Below, piece by piece: positions 45,773 through 55,225 of a DNA stretch of 64,000 nt. The stretch is taken from positions 124,001 through 188,000 of IMG/VR virus record IMGVR_UViG_3300050132_000038. One strand, written 5' to 3'. The notes beneath the pieces were generated by a model. The model ran no database searches, was not told where the DNA came from, and was given only the letters and a program-made list of their open reading frames with translations. The translations under genes and the position numbers were made by a program. Each line of letters opens with the position of its first letter. The stretch's first letter is position 1.

Positions 45773-47233
45773 ATGAACTCTCTAACAGACGCAGCAGCAC
45801 TAGTACCTACGCCTAGAGAGCGCACTAGCGATTCTACTAAGGACCTAGAAGACCAGATTGATAACGCAGATCTCTCTACACTATTAGCAGCCTTGGAAAC
45901 TCCAGCAGTGGAAGAACACTTGACTGAAGGTGTTCAGGGGTTGGTGAACAAGTATCAGAAGAAGCAAAGCCCACCCCTTGCTGCCATTACTCTAGGGGTT
46001 GTTGAAACCTTCAGGGAGATGCAGGACTTAGAGGAGAAGTTCTCAAACGTAGAGGGTGAGGGCATTCACCTACTGAAGCGTGTAGCTAAGTGGGGAATAC
46101 ATAAGATCGTTAAGTACGTGTTCAAACTAGCATTAAAGCTAACGCTCAAGTTTGTACGCTGGATAGTTAAAAAGGTAATCGTGCAGGGTCTAAAGGCTCT
46201 AGTGGAATGGGTTGTACGCCCCATTCTTACGGAAGCCTTAGGATTCATCGGAGTCAACCCTGAACTGTGGCCGTTCATCGCAATAGCAGGGGGTGTTGCT
46301 GGTATCGGTCTCGCTAGTTGGAAGATGTTTTTCGATAAGCCAGCCTCTGACAAGACGGACTCTATAGATCCCACTACTGATGAGTTCCTGTCAGGTGCTC
46401 TACGTGATGTGCAGAAGGGGGAGACCGCCGGAGAGCCTACAGGAGAAACTACTGTAGCAGCTCAGGGTCAGGGTATGGTTGCTGCACCTCCTATTGCAGC
46501 AGGGTCTGTGGCAGTACCCCCAACGGGTGACGATAAAGCTATCATGGCAATGATTATGCGCCATGAGGGAGTAAAGCTGACGCCCTACAAAGACTCATTA
46601 GGATTATGGACAGTCGGTGTAGGTCACTTAATTGGAGATGGGCATAGCTTACCCCCTGAGTGGAACCGCACGTTCACTATGGATGAGATCCAGGCCTTGT
46701 TTGCCCAGGACTACCTCAAGCATAAGAAAGCTGCTATGAACATTCCAAACTTTGCACGCCTAAGTTCCGGCGGGCAGGCAGCCCTTATTGATATGACGTA
46801 CAATATGGGTCCGACTTGGTGGCATGGCTGGCCGACCTTTACTAAGTTCATGCAAGATCTGGACATAGCAGACGCAGCTGCAAGTCTGGAAAGCAGTAAG
46901 TGGTACACACAGGTTGGCGCACGTGCTCAGGAAGTGGTGGCACTGTTGAAGTCCAGTACGATTAACAGCGGAAGTACAGTAGCAGCCTCGGCTAATAAGC
47001 TTAGTGGTGCGCCTCCGGCCACCGCACCTACTACACAGATTGCTAGTAGTACACGCTCAGCTCCTAGTTATCCAGTGAAGCAGACCACCGCAGTTACCGT
47101 GGCATCGACTAATGTGCCTAGCGCACAGAGTACCCAGCAGTCCTCCGGTGCTTCAGGTGGTATTGTTAATCCACCACCAGCAGATAAGAATTACATCCAG
47201 GGTGCTAAAGGCACTCTGATAGCAGTAAGTTAA
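45773..47233 (+). CDS. Virion-associated lysozyme (GH24 domain)
   Basis: RHEGVKLTPYKDSLGLWTVGVGHL; ALIDMTYNMG; SKWYTQVGAR. Confidence 0.85.
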   Translation: MNSLTDAAALVPTPRERTSDSTKDLEDQIDNADLSTLLAALETPAVEEHLTEGVQGLVNKYQKKQSPPLAAITLGVVETFREMQDLEEKFSNVEGEGIHLLKRVAKWGIHKIVKYVFKLALKLTLKFVRWIVKKVIVQGLKALVEWVVRPILTEALGFIGVNPELWPFIAIAGGVAGIGLASWKMFFDKPASDKTDSIDPTTDEFLSGALRDVQKGETAGEPTGETTVAAQGQGMVAAPPIAAGSVAVPPTGDDKAIMAMIMRHEGVKLTPYKDSLGLWTVGVGHLIGDGHSLPPEWNRTFTMDEIQALFAQDYLKHKKAAMNIPNFARLSSGGQAALIDMTYNMGPTWWHGWPTFTKFMQDLDIADAAASLESSKWYTQVGARAQEVVALLKSSTINSGSTVAASANKLSGAPPATAPTTQIASSTRSAPSYPVKQTTAVTVASTNVPSAQSTQQSSGASGGIVNPPPADKNYIQGAKGTLIAVS

Positions 47234-47243
47234 GGAGTACCTA

Positions 47244-47288
47244 ATGTCGAATATAAATCCGAACTACATGGTGACTATCGCCCCTTAG
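47244..47288 (+). pseudogene. Orphan 5' stub (MSNINPNYMVTIAP*) of the gene at 48476
   Basis: TAAGGAG RBS; 10 of the first 12 aa identical to the 48476 N-terminus. Confidence 0.8.
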
Positions 47289-47314
47289 ACAACTTGCTAC
47301 CCTGTCAATTTAAT

Positions 47315-47386
47315 AGTGAGCATAGAGCGAAAGGGCCGGCCAGCCTCCGTCAGATCCATATCATCTGACTAGCTTTATGTTTCACT
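47315..47386 (+). ncRNA. Structured leader (three-way junction), copy 2, upstream of endonuclease 2
   Basis: AGTGAG-CATAGAGC/GCTTTATG-T-TTCACT; GTCAGAT/ATCTGAC (compensatory relative to copy 1). Confidence 0.65.
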
Positions 47387-47411
47387 TCTTAAATCGATAT
47401 GGGGTTGTCAA

Positions 47412-48473
47412 ATGTCCACGAACTACCAGGAGCTCGCTGAGCTCTACTTCCACGAGTACGACCAAAATTCCCTTGAAGACCCGTATGAAAAGAAGCGGCG
47501 CAAAGTCTTTAAAGAATTAGCAGCCGCTATAATAACCTCGGAATTCCCAGAGCTAGAAGCTCAGATCGCAATAGCTGCCTGGAACTTAACCGCAGAGTTA
47601 GCCGTTACTGGTAACAAAGGTAAAGGACGTAGACTTAAGTTAGATAAAATCTTCTACGTGTACGTTCTTATGGATCCCCGTAAGCCAGGCCAGTGGATTA
47701 TAGATCTCCCAGGTGGGAAAATTATTGAGCTTCCTTTCCTACCTTTCTACGTAGGAAAAGGGTACGGTGGTAGAATGAAGGCACACGCCCGACACGCCAG
47801 AGCTAAGCCCACTCCTGTAGCAGGTGAGCATAAAGCTAACACTATTCGTAGTCTTCATCGCCTTGGCCTAGAACCTATAGAGAAACGAGTCAGTGGATTC
47901 TCTATAGAGGCCGTAGCACTAATGAAGGAAGTGGGGTTAGTGAAAGCTGTTGGTCGTGGTAGGAATGGACCACTTACTAATCTTAGTGACGCCGGGGAGG
48001 GCCTAAGCGGCTACAAGCCCACTGAGGAAACTAAAGCTAAAATAGCTGCTAAGCTAGATCAGATCGTAGCCAAAAGAAAAGCTACCTATGCGGGCAAGAG
48101 TCAAGAAGAGTTAGACGCTATCAACGAGAAGAATAGCCTAGCGCATCGTGGTAAGAAACAGAGTGTTGAAACACTTGAGAAGCGAGTAGCACAATTACGT
48201 GGTACCACCCGCCCGACGGAAGTAGGTACTAAAATTAGTGCTTCTAAGATGGGGCATGAGACCTCAGTAGAAACACGGGCAAAGCAGAGCGCTGCAAAGA
48301 AAGGTCGACCGGCGCTCAATAAGGGTACTACTCATACTGAGGAAACTAAAGCTAAGATGCGCGCAGCTAAAGCTGCTCAGCCTATAAAAATTTGTGAGCA
48401 CTGTGGCACAGAAAGTAAAGGTACTGCCTTTACTAGATGGCATGGTGACAACTGTAAGTTTAAGAAGGATTAG
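47412..48473 (+). CDS. Free-standing GIY-YIG homing endonuclease with NUMOD3-like repeats
   Basis: FYVYVLMDPRKP...PFYVGKG; KGTTHTEETKAKM-type repeats; C-terminal CEHC...WHGDNC. Confidence 0.8.
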   Translation: MSTNYQELAELYFHEYDQNSLEDPYEKKRRKVFKELAAAIITSEFPELEAQIAIAAWNLTAELAVTGNKGKGRRLKLDKIFYVYVLMDPRKPGQWIIDLPGGKIIELPFLPFYVGKGYGGRMKAHARHARAKPTPVAGEHKANTIRSLHRLGLEPIEKRVSGFSIEAVALMKEVGLVKAVGRGRNGPLTNLSDAGEGLSGYKPTEETKAKIAAKLDQIVAKRKATYAGKSQEELDAINEKNSLAHRGKKQSVETLEKRVAQLRGTTRPTEVGTKISASKMGHETSVETRAKQSAAKKGRPALNKGTTHTEETKAKMRAAKAAQPIKICEHCGTESKGTAFTRWHGDNCKFKKD

Positions 48474-48475
48474 TT

Positions 48476-49372
48476 ATGAGCAATATTAACCCTGCGTATC
48501 AAGTCACAATTATGCAAAGCCATGTTCCAGCAGGGCAGACACCAATTATAGTACAGGCACCCTTACCTGAGACCTTTGCCTTCGACTCCAATGCTAGTTA
48601 CGCTCAATCACTACCTCAGGGTCCTACCTCTGGTGCAGTTGCTCAGGTAGCCTCGGCCTTTGGTATTCGATTAGCAGTACCAGCAATGACAGCCCAGTTG
48701 TGGCAGGGTGCCTCAGAGACTACCTTAACCCTTGCTCTTGAATTTCATACAGAGAGTGATCCAGTAGCAGACGTACAAACACCTATTCTCAACTTGAATA
48801 GGTTGACCATGCCCTCTGTTAGTTCTAGTACAGGGATGTTGCAGTCTCCGGGGCCTTCCTTGAATGTGTCGCAGATAACTACACTGGTTAAGAATGCCGG
48901 TACGCAGTTAGTTAACACCGCAACGGCCGTAGGTAACGGGCAGGTGCAACCTACCGCAGCGTCGATGACAAACACCTCTGTTAGTGCTAACCAAGGTTCT
49001 AACACTCCGGTTACTCAGTCGAACACACAGAACCCGCAGTTGGGTAGCTCTCAGTATTGGAAGTCACAGGTAGCCAATCAGATTTCAATTCGGATTGGTA
49101 ACTATATGTTCTTTGACTCGGTTGTTATAACAAACGTCCAGCAGACGTTCATGTCAAACATAGATGCTGCAACCGGATTGCCGCATCATGCTACGGTGAA
49201 CATAACGTTCAAGCCGTTCTTCATGCTGACTCAAGAAGACCTGTCCTCCGTGTTCATTAACAATCAGTCGAAGGCGGGCCTACCAACTACTAGTAACATA
49301 GGTAGTGGCATTATGGGCCCTCCTGTCTCCTTGTCCCAAGCTGCACTACTAGCACAGACTACTATTCGATAG
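48476..49372 (+). CDS. Baseplate/tail-tube junction protein (gp48-like)
   Basis: LWQGASETTLTLALEF; IRIG...FDSVVITNV...ATVNITF. Confidence 0.55.
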   Translation: MSNINPAYQVTIMQSHVPAGQTPIIVQAPLPETFAFDSNASYAQSLPQGPTSGAVAQVASAFGIRLAVPAMTAQLWQGASETTLTLALEFHTESDPVADVQTPILNLNRLTMPSVSSSTGMLQSPGPSLNVSQITTLVKNAGTQLVNTATAVGNGQVQPTAASMTNTSVSANQGSNTPVTQSNTQNPQLGSSQYWKSQVANQISIRIGNYMFFDSVVITNVQQTFMSNIDAATGLPHHATVNITFKPFFMLTQEDLSSVFINNQSKAGLPTTSNIGSGIMGPPVSLSQAALLAQTTIR

Positions 49373-49381
49373 GGGTACGAG

Positions 49382-49726
49382 ATGGCTATTGATACCGATT
49401 ACGACTGGACTAACTACACAGTAGTAGATAACACAGGTACCGACTGGGATGTGTTCAGTTCAGCTTACAAGAATTTGAGGTTCAACGTACCAACCAACCA
49501 GCAGGTACAGCTCACTGCCTCGACAGCAGCTAACCTTCCAGGGCTTGCTTATCTGTACTACGGGGATACGTCCTTGTGGCGTGCCCTCTTGGCGTACAAC
49601 GGCTGGTCTGATCCGCTCTCGGAGGTTGCGCCGGGAGTAGTAATGAACATTCCTACAAAGGCAGCACTCCTGCAATACCTGTCTTCACAGAAGGCTACTA
49701 ACGTCCCTGTGACAATTACGATCTAA
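49382..49726 (+). CDS. LysM-like baseplate wedge protein (gp53/tail X)
   Basis: LAYLYYGDTSLWRALLAYNG.SDP...PG..MNIP. Confidence 0.75.
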   Translation: MAIDTDYDWTNYTVVDNTGTDWDVFSSAYKNLRFNVPTNQQVQLTASTAANLPGLAYLYYGDTSLWRALLAYNGWSDPLSEVAPGVVMNIPTKAALLQYLSSQKATNVPVTITI

Positions 49727-49734
49727 GGTATAGT

Positions 49735-50856
49735 ATGTCCTATATTATTAAGGATCGCATAGAGATCAGCATTAGCATCAACGGTACTGACTACCCTATA
49801 AGCCCTGGCACAAACACGTTAAACTTTTTGCAGATGGGGTGTTCAGCGCGTCAGAAGCTTCCCACCTGTCACTTCATGGTGACAGACAATACGAAAGCCT
49901 TGGACAAGGTGTTCCTGCAGGATGGTATACCCCTCACAATAACTACTAAGGCGTATAAGTTCCCGACCCACACTTATACCTTCCGCCTGTTCCATAAGAG
50001 GAAGACGTTCGATGGTTCTTCCTTTAGGTATGAGATAGACGGCTATTGGGACTCCCCTATCTACTGGGCAGGTACTTCCGAAGCAGGGATGCAGGGAACC
50101 TCCAGTACGGTGTTGCAGACCATTGCAACACTGAGCGGCCTACAGTACAGGGGGATTACCACTAATGATCCACAGCTATGGATGCAGCGTAATCGTAGCT
50201 ATGGTGACTTCGTTAAAACCGTTTATCAACACGGGTACATCTCTGATAGCTCATACACCGTAGCCGGAGTGGATTTAACCGGAACCCTAATCTATGTAGA
50301 TGCTAACAATCTGCCTAAGCCTACGACTACATTAGTAGCGTATCAGAACATCGAGGGCATGTACACCGTAGCGGATTACAAGGCAACTACTAAGTCTGGA
50401 TTGAACAATAACCTAACGGGTTACAATAACGCTAGGTACACACAGAGTCAGACAGGGGTGCTCTCGACGGCTAACGACCAGCTAGCATTCACGCCGGACA
50501 CTACTTCACCGGCGTTCAACACCACAGTGAAGACGCAGGCTGCTCGTGGTTATCAGAGCTACGGCCCGATCGATGTAGGTAACGTTCATTCAAAGTACGA
50601 ACGTGCTGCCTACCAGAACATGCGGTATGCTAACCTACTTTCAATGGACGTGGACTTCCTGGTGTACACTCCGACCCCGCTAACGTTGTTCGACAAGTTT
50701 ACGTTCAGCTTGGAGACGGAGAATCACAAGCAAGATCCTGCATACTCCGGCGTATACACGGTATCAGGGTATGCTATGTTTGTACAGGGCACCACATATG
50801 CGCAGAAGATCAGCGCGTGCAGATCTGGCGTGGACGTCCCCTATACCAACGGATAA
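49735..50856 (+). CDS. Baseplate hub protein (gp27/late control D-like)
   Basis: Size and position between LysM and spike genes. Confidence 0.55.
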   Translation: MSYIIKDRIEISISINGTDYPISPGTNTLNFLQMGCSARQKLPTCHFMVTDNTKALDKVFLQDGIPLTITTKAYKFPTHTYTFRLFHKRKTFDGSSFRYEIDGYWDSPIYWAGTSEAGMQGTSSTVLQTIATLSGLQYRGITTNDPQLWMQRNRSYGDFVKTVYQHGYISDSSYTVAGVDLTGTLIYVDANNLPKPTTTLVAYQNIEGMYTVADYKATTKSGLNNNLTGYNNARYTQSQTGVLSTANDQLAFTPDTTSPAFNTTVKTQAARGYQSYGPIDVGNVHSKYERAAYQNMRYANLLSMDVDFLVYTPTPLTLFDKFTFSLETENHKQDPAYSGVYTVSGYAMFVQGTTYAQKISACRSGVDVPYTNG

Positions 50857-50867
50857 CGGAGAACTTC

Positions 50868-51650
50868 ATGGGATTGAATAGTACCAACGATGCAGTAAAG
50901 CATGGCGAGGATTATGGTGACGGCTACTACTTAGGAACCGTTACTAACAATGTAGATCCTCTAGGTATCGGTCGAGTGCAGGCTAGTGTACCCGGCTTGT
51001 ACAATCCGGCCAAGGGGCCTGTGCCTTGGGTTGGCCCTATTAAGGATTCCCCATTTGGTTTCGGAACAGGACCTAAAGGCCCCTACGGTGTGTACGGCAG
51101 CCCTTACGTAGGTTCCCAACTCATGGTGGAGTTGCAGAAAGGTGACGAGAACAACGCCCTGTACTCCCCTATACCAACTGCCCCTTCTGCTAACCCGGCG
51201 TTCGCTAATCCGTTGACCTGGGGCTTTCAAGATCCCTCGGGTAACATCCTCGTGGTCAACATGGAGACCGGGTTATGGATGTGGACTCATAGCTCTGGGG
51301 ATACCATTAGCTATGATGCAGCTGGTGACCGAGTAGTGGTGGTGAAGGGTAATGCCACGGAGAACATTACAGGGAACCTAAACATCACAGTGCAGGGTAA
51401 TGCCTCCTTCGATGTCACCGGCACCGCTACGTACACTGCTGCAGAGCACCAGTTCATGGGTCCTGTTACTATGAGCGAAACACTGATGGTGGCCTCTAGC
51501 ATTACAGACATGACGGGGTCTGGTAATACAGCTACCGTTATGGATATGCGTACATTCTTCGACGAACATATGCACGACGTGGATAATGTCATGCCTGGCA
51601 ACAGTACACTGACCACAACTACGCCTACCCCTCAGATTCCTAATGTGTAG
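50868..51650 (+). CDS. Baseplate central spike (gp5/gpV-like)
   Basis: GTV....DPLGIGRVQASVP OB-fold; beta-helix repeats; terminal HMH metal motif. Confidence 0.8.
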   Translation: MGLNSTNDAVKHGEDYGDGYYLGTVTNNVDPLGIGRVQASVPGLYNPAKGPVPWVGPIKDSPFGFGTGPKGPYGVYGSPYVGSQLMVELQKGDENNALYSPIPTAPSANPAFANPLTWGFQDPSGNILVVNMETGLWMWTHSSGDTISYDAAGDRVVVVKGNATENITGNLNITVQGNASFDVTGTATYTAAEHQFMGPVTMSETLMVASSITDMTGSGNTATVMDMRTFFDEHMHDVDNVMPGNSTLTTTTPTPQIPNV

Positions 51651-51689
51651 TTCGCAAATTTCATAGTAACAAAACACTAGGAGTATATA

Positions 51690-52106
51690 GTGGCAGCCCT
51701 AACAAATTTTCAAATCTCTCTCCAAGGTGCGACCTGGATTGATGTAAACTCATTGTTTACGATGAACACCTTACCTGATAGGTTACCCGATGCCTTGAGT
51801 CTACAGTACGGAAGTTTATATAATTTGTTCAACTGTAGCATCGGGGAAAGGAGTAGGACGTTCCAGCCCCAGTACGGTATGTATTGGAAAGAAGCACTTC
51901 AGGAGCCAATAGATAACATCACGGCCACCAAGATGCAGATCGGTATGATACAAGCACTAGCTAGATGGGAGCCTCGGATCACCGTGGACGTCGCTAACTC
52001 CTACGTGACTCCTGACCTTTCACTACCAGGCTATCAAGTGCAGGTTGCCTTCATGTTGAACCTCACCTCACAGCGCCAAGCAGTTTCGTTTGCAGTCACT
52101 ACTTAG
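51690..52106 (+). CDS. Baseplate wedge protein (gp25-like)
   Basis: GERSRTFQPQYG...EP...ALARWEPRI. Confidence 0.8.
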   Translation: MAALTNFQISLQGATWIDVNSLFTMNTLPDRLPDALSLQYGSLYNLFNCSIGERSRTFQPQYGMYWKEALQEPIDNITATKMQIGMIQALARWEPRITVDVANSYVTPDLSLPGYQVQVAFMLNLTSQRQAVSFAVTT

Positions 52107-52136
52107 CAGAACAATATAGTCCACTGAGATTCTATT

Positions 52137-53945
52137 ATGGCGACATCGACCACAACTAGTGTAACCACTCCTGCCCAAGTACTTTCGTTAAGTCCACTAA
52201 CCGCGGAAGTGACGGACTTTACCGGACAGTTCCATACGTACCTGCAGAACAACCCGACGTGGGTGGGCAACCTTACGACGCAGACTTCTGAGACCCTAGT
52301 TGAGCTGTTGTCTACGATTGGTACATACGCCCAAGCACGTATCACCCGTAAGTACGAGGATGCGTTTGCGGAGACTGCTCAATCAGACGATGCTATTCTA
52401 TCTATCACACAGATGCAGGGCCTCCGTATTACGCGGTACCTTCCTGCACAAGTATCAGTTACACTGACCTCGCCTACTGAGATTTCATTCAACCCTCTAA
52501 CTCAGTTCCAGGGGGCAGGCTCTTACTTCTTCAATCAGCAGCAGATAACGCTGTACGCTAACACTCCCCTCACTGTTACTTTGTGCGAAGGTCAGATCTA
52601 TGCCTATTCCATGAATGGTTTGGGCACAGAGAGACAAACCTATGTAGGGGTTCAGCCTGGGTTCGTTGTATCAGATCAGGATGTGCTAGTCCAGCTGAAC
52701 GGAGTTACCATTCCTAAAGCTTATGGTGGCTTATGGAACTTCGACGGTCTTCCTGGCTACGCAGATTTAACAATGAGTGACGGTCGTCTCCTCCTGCAGT
52801 TCGGTAACTTAGGTGGCCTATCCACTATCGGACAGTTCGGTACTATTCCTAAAGCTACCGATACCGTAGTGGTTAGTTATCCTGTAACTCAGGGCGCAAC
52901 AGGTAACGGTATCGTCTCAATGGGTAACCCTGTTACTGTAGTCGGGTTCCCTATGGTAGCCGGAACATTCCTCGATAATCCTAGTGGCGGTTCTAACGCT
53001 AAACCAACTCTAGTCTACAAGAACGTGGCTTCGGGTGGATTCGGAACATATAGCTCAGGTGTTACCAAGTCACAGTACCTGAGCATACTCGCTACTTATC
53101 CAGGTATTGTTGATATTGTGACGCAGGCGCAGCGGGAGATTAACCCGATGGCGGTGCAGTGGATGAACGTTATCCGCATCTCTGCACTGACCAACAGCCC
53201 GTGGTCGCAAACACAGATTCAGGAGTTCCTGACGTACGCACAATCAGTAACGCAATACGCACCGTACTTCATTTGGGTTGCACCGACAGCAGTTCCGCAG
53301 ACTGTTAATGTTTCGGTGTACGTATTTAACACTGCAGTACCGTCACAGGTGCAATCAGCAGTGCAGACAGCGATGGTGAACCTATTCGCTATCAAGCCAG
53401 GTATCTTAGCCACTGACTTCTTCCTGTCGGACATTGAGAACGCGGTGTTCGCTGCTGCTCCTGGTTTGGTATCCTACGTAGTGGTGAATGAACCTACAGG
53501 GCCGATGATTGTAACTGCTCCTCAATCTCCAATGCCTACTTACACACTGGTTATGGACGGAGGAACATTGGGACCTCTGGTATACGCCTATGCCATATCG
53601 ACCACTCTGATGAACGGTCAAGTTGGGACTCCCGTGAATTGGGTATTTCCGCAGGTTACATCTATGGCAGATAACTACGCAGTTACCCTGACCTGGCCCC
53701 CAGTAGTGAATGCAGCTTCGTATCAGATCTGGGGGCGCTCTGCTGCTATGGTAGGACTACTTGGAACAGTAGAGGCTAATATGCCCTTAACCTTTACGGA
53801 TACAGGGATGGTTATGCCTACTGGTAGCCCACCGAACGGCGTGGCGGATGTGCCCATACAATTTAATTCACTGGCAAGTTTAACGGTGAACGTGTATCCG
53901 TCGACGAGGCAAGCTAAACTCGGTAATACATTGTTTGGGACTTGA
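52137..53945 (+). CDS. Baseplate wedge protein (gp6/J-like)
   Basis: AFAETAQ; LLQFGN; GGSN; VTKSQY; follows gp25. Confidence 0.75.
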   Translation: MATSTTTSVTTPAQVLSLSPLTAEVTDFTGQFHTYLQNNPTWVGNLTTQTSETLVELLSTIGTYAQARITRKYEDAFAETAQSDDAILSITQMQGLRITRYLPAQVSVTLTSPTEISFNPLTQFQGAGSYFFNQQQITLYANTPLTVTLCEGQIYAYSMNGLGTERQTYVGVQPGFVVSDQDVLVQLNGVTIPKAYGGLWNFDGLPGYADLTMSDGRLLLQFGNLGGLSTIGQFGTIPKATDTVVVSYPVTQGATGNGIVSMGNPVTVVGFPMVAGTFLDNPSGGSNAKPTLVYKNVASGGFGTYSSGVTKSQYLSILATYPGIVDIVTQAQREINPMAVQWMNVIRISALTNSPWSQTQIQEFLTYAQSVTQYAPYFIWVAPTAVPQTVNVSVYVFNTAVPSQVQSAVQTAMVNLFAIKPGILATDFFLSDIENAVFAAAPGLVSYVVVNEPTGPMIVTAPQSPMPTYTLVMDGGTLGPLVYAYAISTTLMNGQVGTPVNWVFPQVTSMADNYAVTLTWPPVVNAASYQIWGRSAAMVGLLGTVEANMPLTFTDTGMVMPTGSPPNGVADVPIQFNSLASLTVNVYPSTRQAKLGNTLFGT

Positions 53946-55213
53946 AGATGACGACACCACTTCCACCATCATTATACGAGTACACACTCTCACCTCCCAC
54001 TACTGATAGCAAGGAGAATATTAGGCTAGGCTACAGGACCCCAAGATCCCTGTTGGCTCCTCCGTACATCTACCAAAATCCTTATTTTGTAGCCCTGCTG
54101 GATGCGGTAGACTATGTGTTCGAGACCACCGTCGATATTCCAACAGAAGTTTTAGGTGACCTACGTAAGATGTGGGTCACTAATCCGATGTTGGAAAACA
54201 ATCAGATTGCTAACTCAGAGTTGATCCCCTTCGAGGCATGGTCGCAACCTGAGTGGGAGATTTTGGTTAAGCAGGTCAATATGTTGGGCATGAAGTTGCA
54301 GTCAGCTTCGGTATTGACCAACGATAACTATCAGTCTATAGCTAGGTGGGTTGGTCAATACTGGTTTGGTAAGGGGACCTCAGCATTCATTAATTTTATA
54401 AATTATTGCCTGAGTTCTAGCCTAGCTATAGAACAGCTGTGGACCGCAGACTACATTACGTTTTACCCTACAGGAGATTCCCGCATAGGAACTCCAATAT
54501 GGGAGGGAGGCACTTGGTATCCTACTCCTAATGTAGCAATCACGGCTTCGGGTGGTCTACAATCACTAGATGTGCAGACGTTGACCACATTCTTCTACGA
54601 GATTGCGAATTACAATATAGTGTTGCATGACATAGCACTAACGTTTGATATTCCAATCACTACCACACCTACGGGTACCAATGCCCCTGTAGTAGCGTTA
54701 GGATTGAATATGGTTCAAGCGGTGCCGATCTCTAACTTGTACAGCTACGGTGCGAACTCTCCAGAGCTTACCATAACAGACGAAGTCCCCACCGCAGCGT
54801 GGACGACCAATCCAGGTAATATTGACCTTACTGGTGTGTATATGCTGGCAGCCCCTACGTCATGGATTCAAGATACTATGGGGCGCGTCTTTCCGCTGTA
54901 TGACGGCCCACAGCAAGTACCTGTACTAGAGACAGAACTCCCTACTACCCTATGTGGGCCCGTAGTAGCTGGAGCAACCTCTGTTATATATGGCCCTGTT
55001 ATGTGGCAGGCTATTCCGACCGGCACGTATAGCGGCGGACGCCTTCCGGTGTTCAGCACAATGCCTGTAGCAAAGACCGCAGACCTAGGAGAGGCCCCTA
55101 CTAATCTAGTAGGGTTCCCCACATGCCTATTAGTTAATCCTACAGGCTTTGCTGAGTTTGTGCTAGGCTCCGGTTTATACAGTCCGTATTGGACAGGTTC
55201 CCCAGTACTCTAA
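53942..55213 (+). CDS. Baseplate wedge protein (gp7/tail I-like)
   Basis: Follows gp6/J; KGT..FINF motif. Confidence 0.55.
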   Translation: MKMTTPLPPSLYEYTLSPPTTDSKENIRLGYRTPRSLLAPPYIYQNPYFVALLDAVDYVFETTVDIPTEVLGDLRKMWVTNPMLENNQIANSELIPFEAWSQPEWEILVKQVNMLGMKLQSASVLTNDNYQSIARWVGQYWFGKGTSAFINFINYCLSSSLAIEQLWTADYITFYPTGDSRIGTPIWEGGTWYPTPNVAITASGGLQSLDVQTLTTFFYEIANYNIVLHDIALTFDIPITTTPTGTNAPVVALGLNMVQAVPISNLYSYGANSPELTITDEVPTAAWTTNPGNIDLTGVYMLAAPTSWIQDTMGRVFPLYDGPQQVPVLETELPTTLCGPVVAGATSVIYGPVMWQAIPTGTYSGGRLPVFSTMPVAKTADLGEAPTNLVGFPTCLLVNPTGFAEFVLGSGLYSPYWTGSPVL

Positions 55214-55225
55214 AAGAGAAATCAG

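Larger units (their letters stand above)
2388..51664 (+). promoter_or_regulatory. Recurrent intergenic AATTT(C/T/A)A(T/C) motif (putative phage promoter class 2)
   Basis: Copies at 2388, 5816, 33668, 39376, 41156, 41286, 47307, 51657, all at gene boundaries or in non-coding gaps. Confidence 0.55.
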
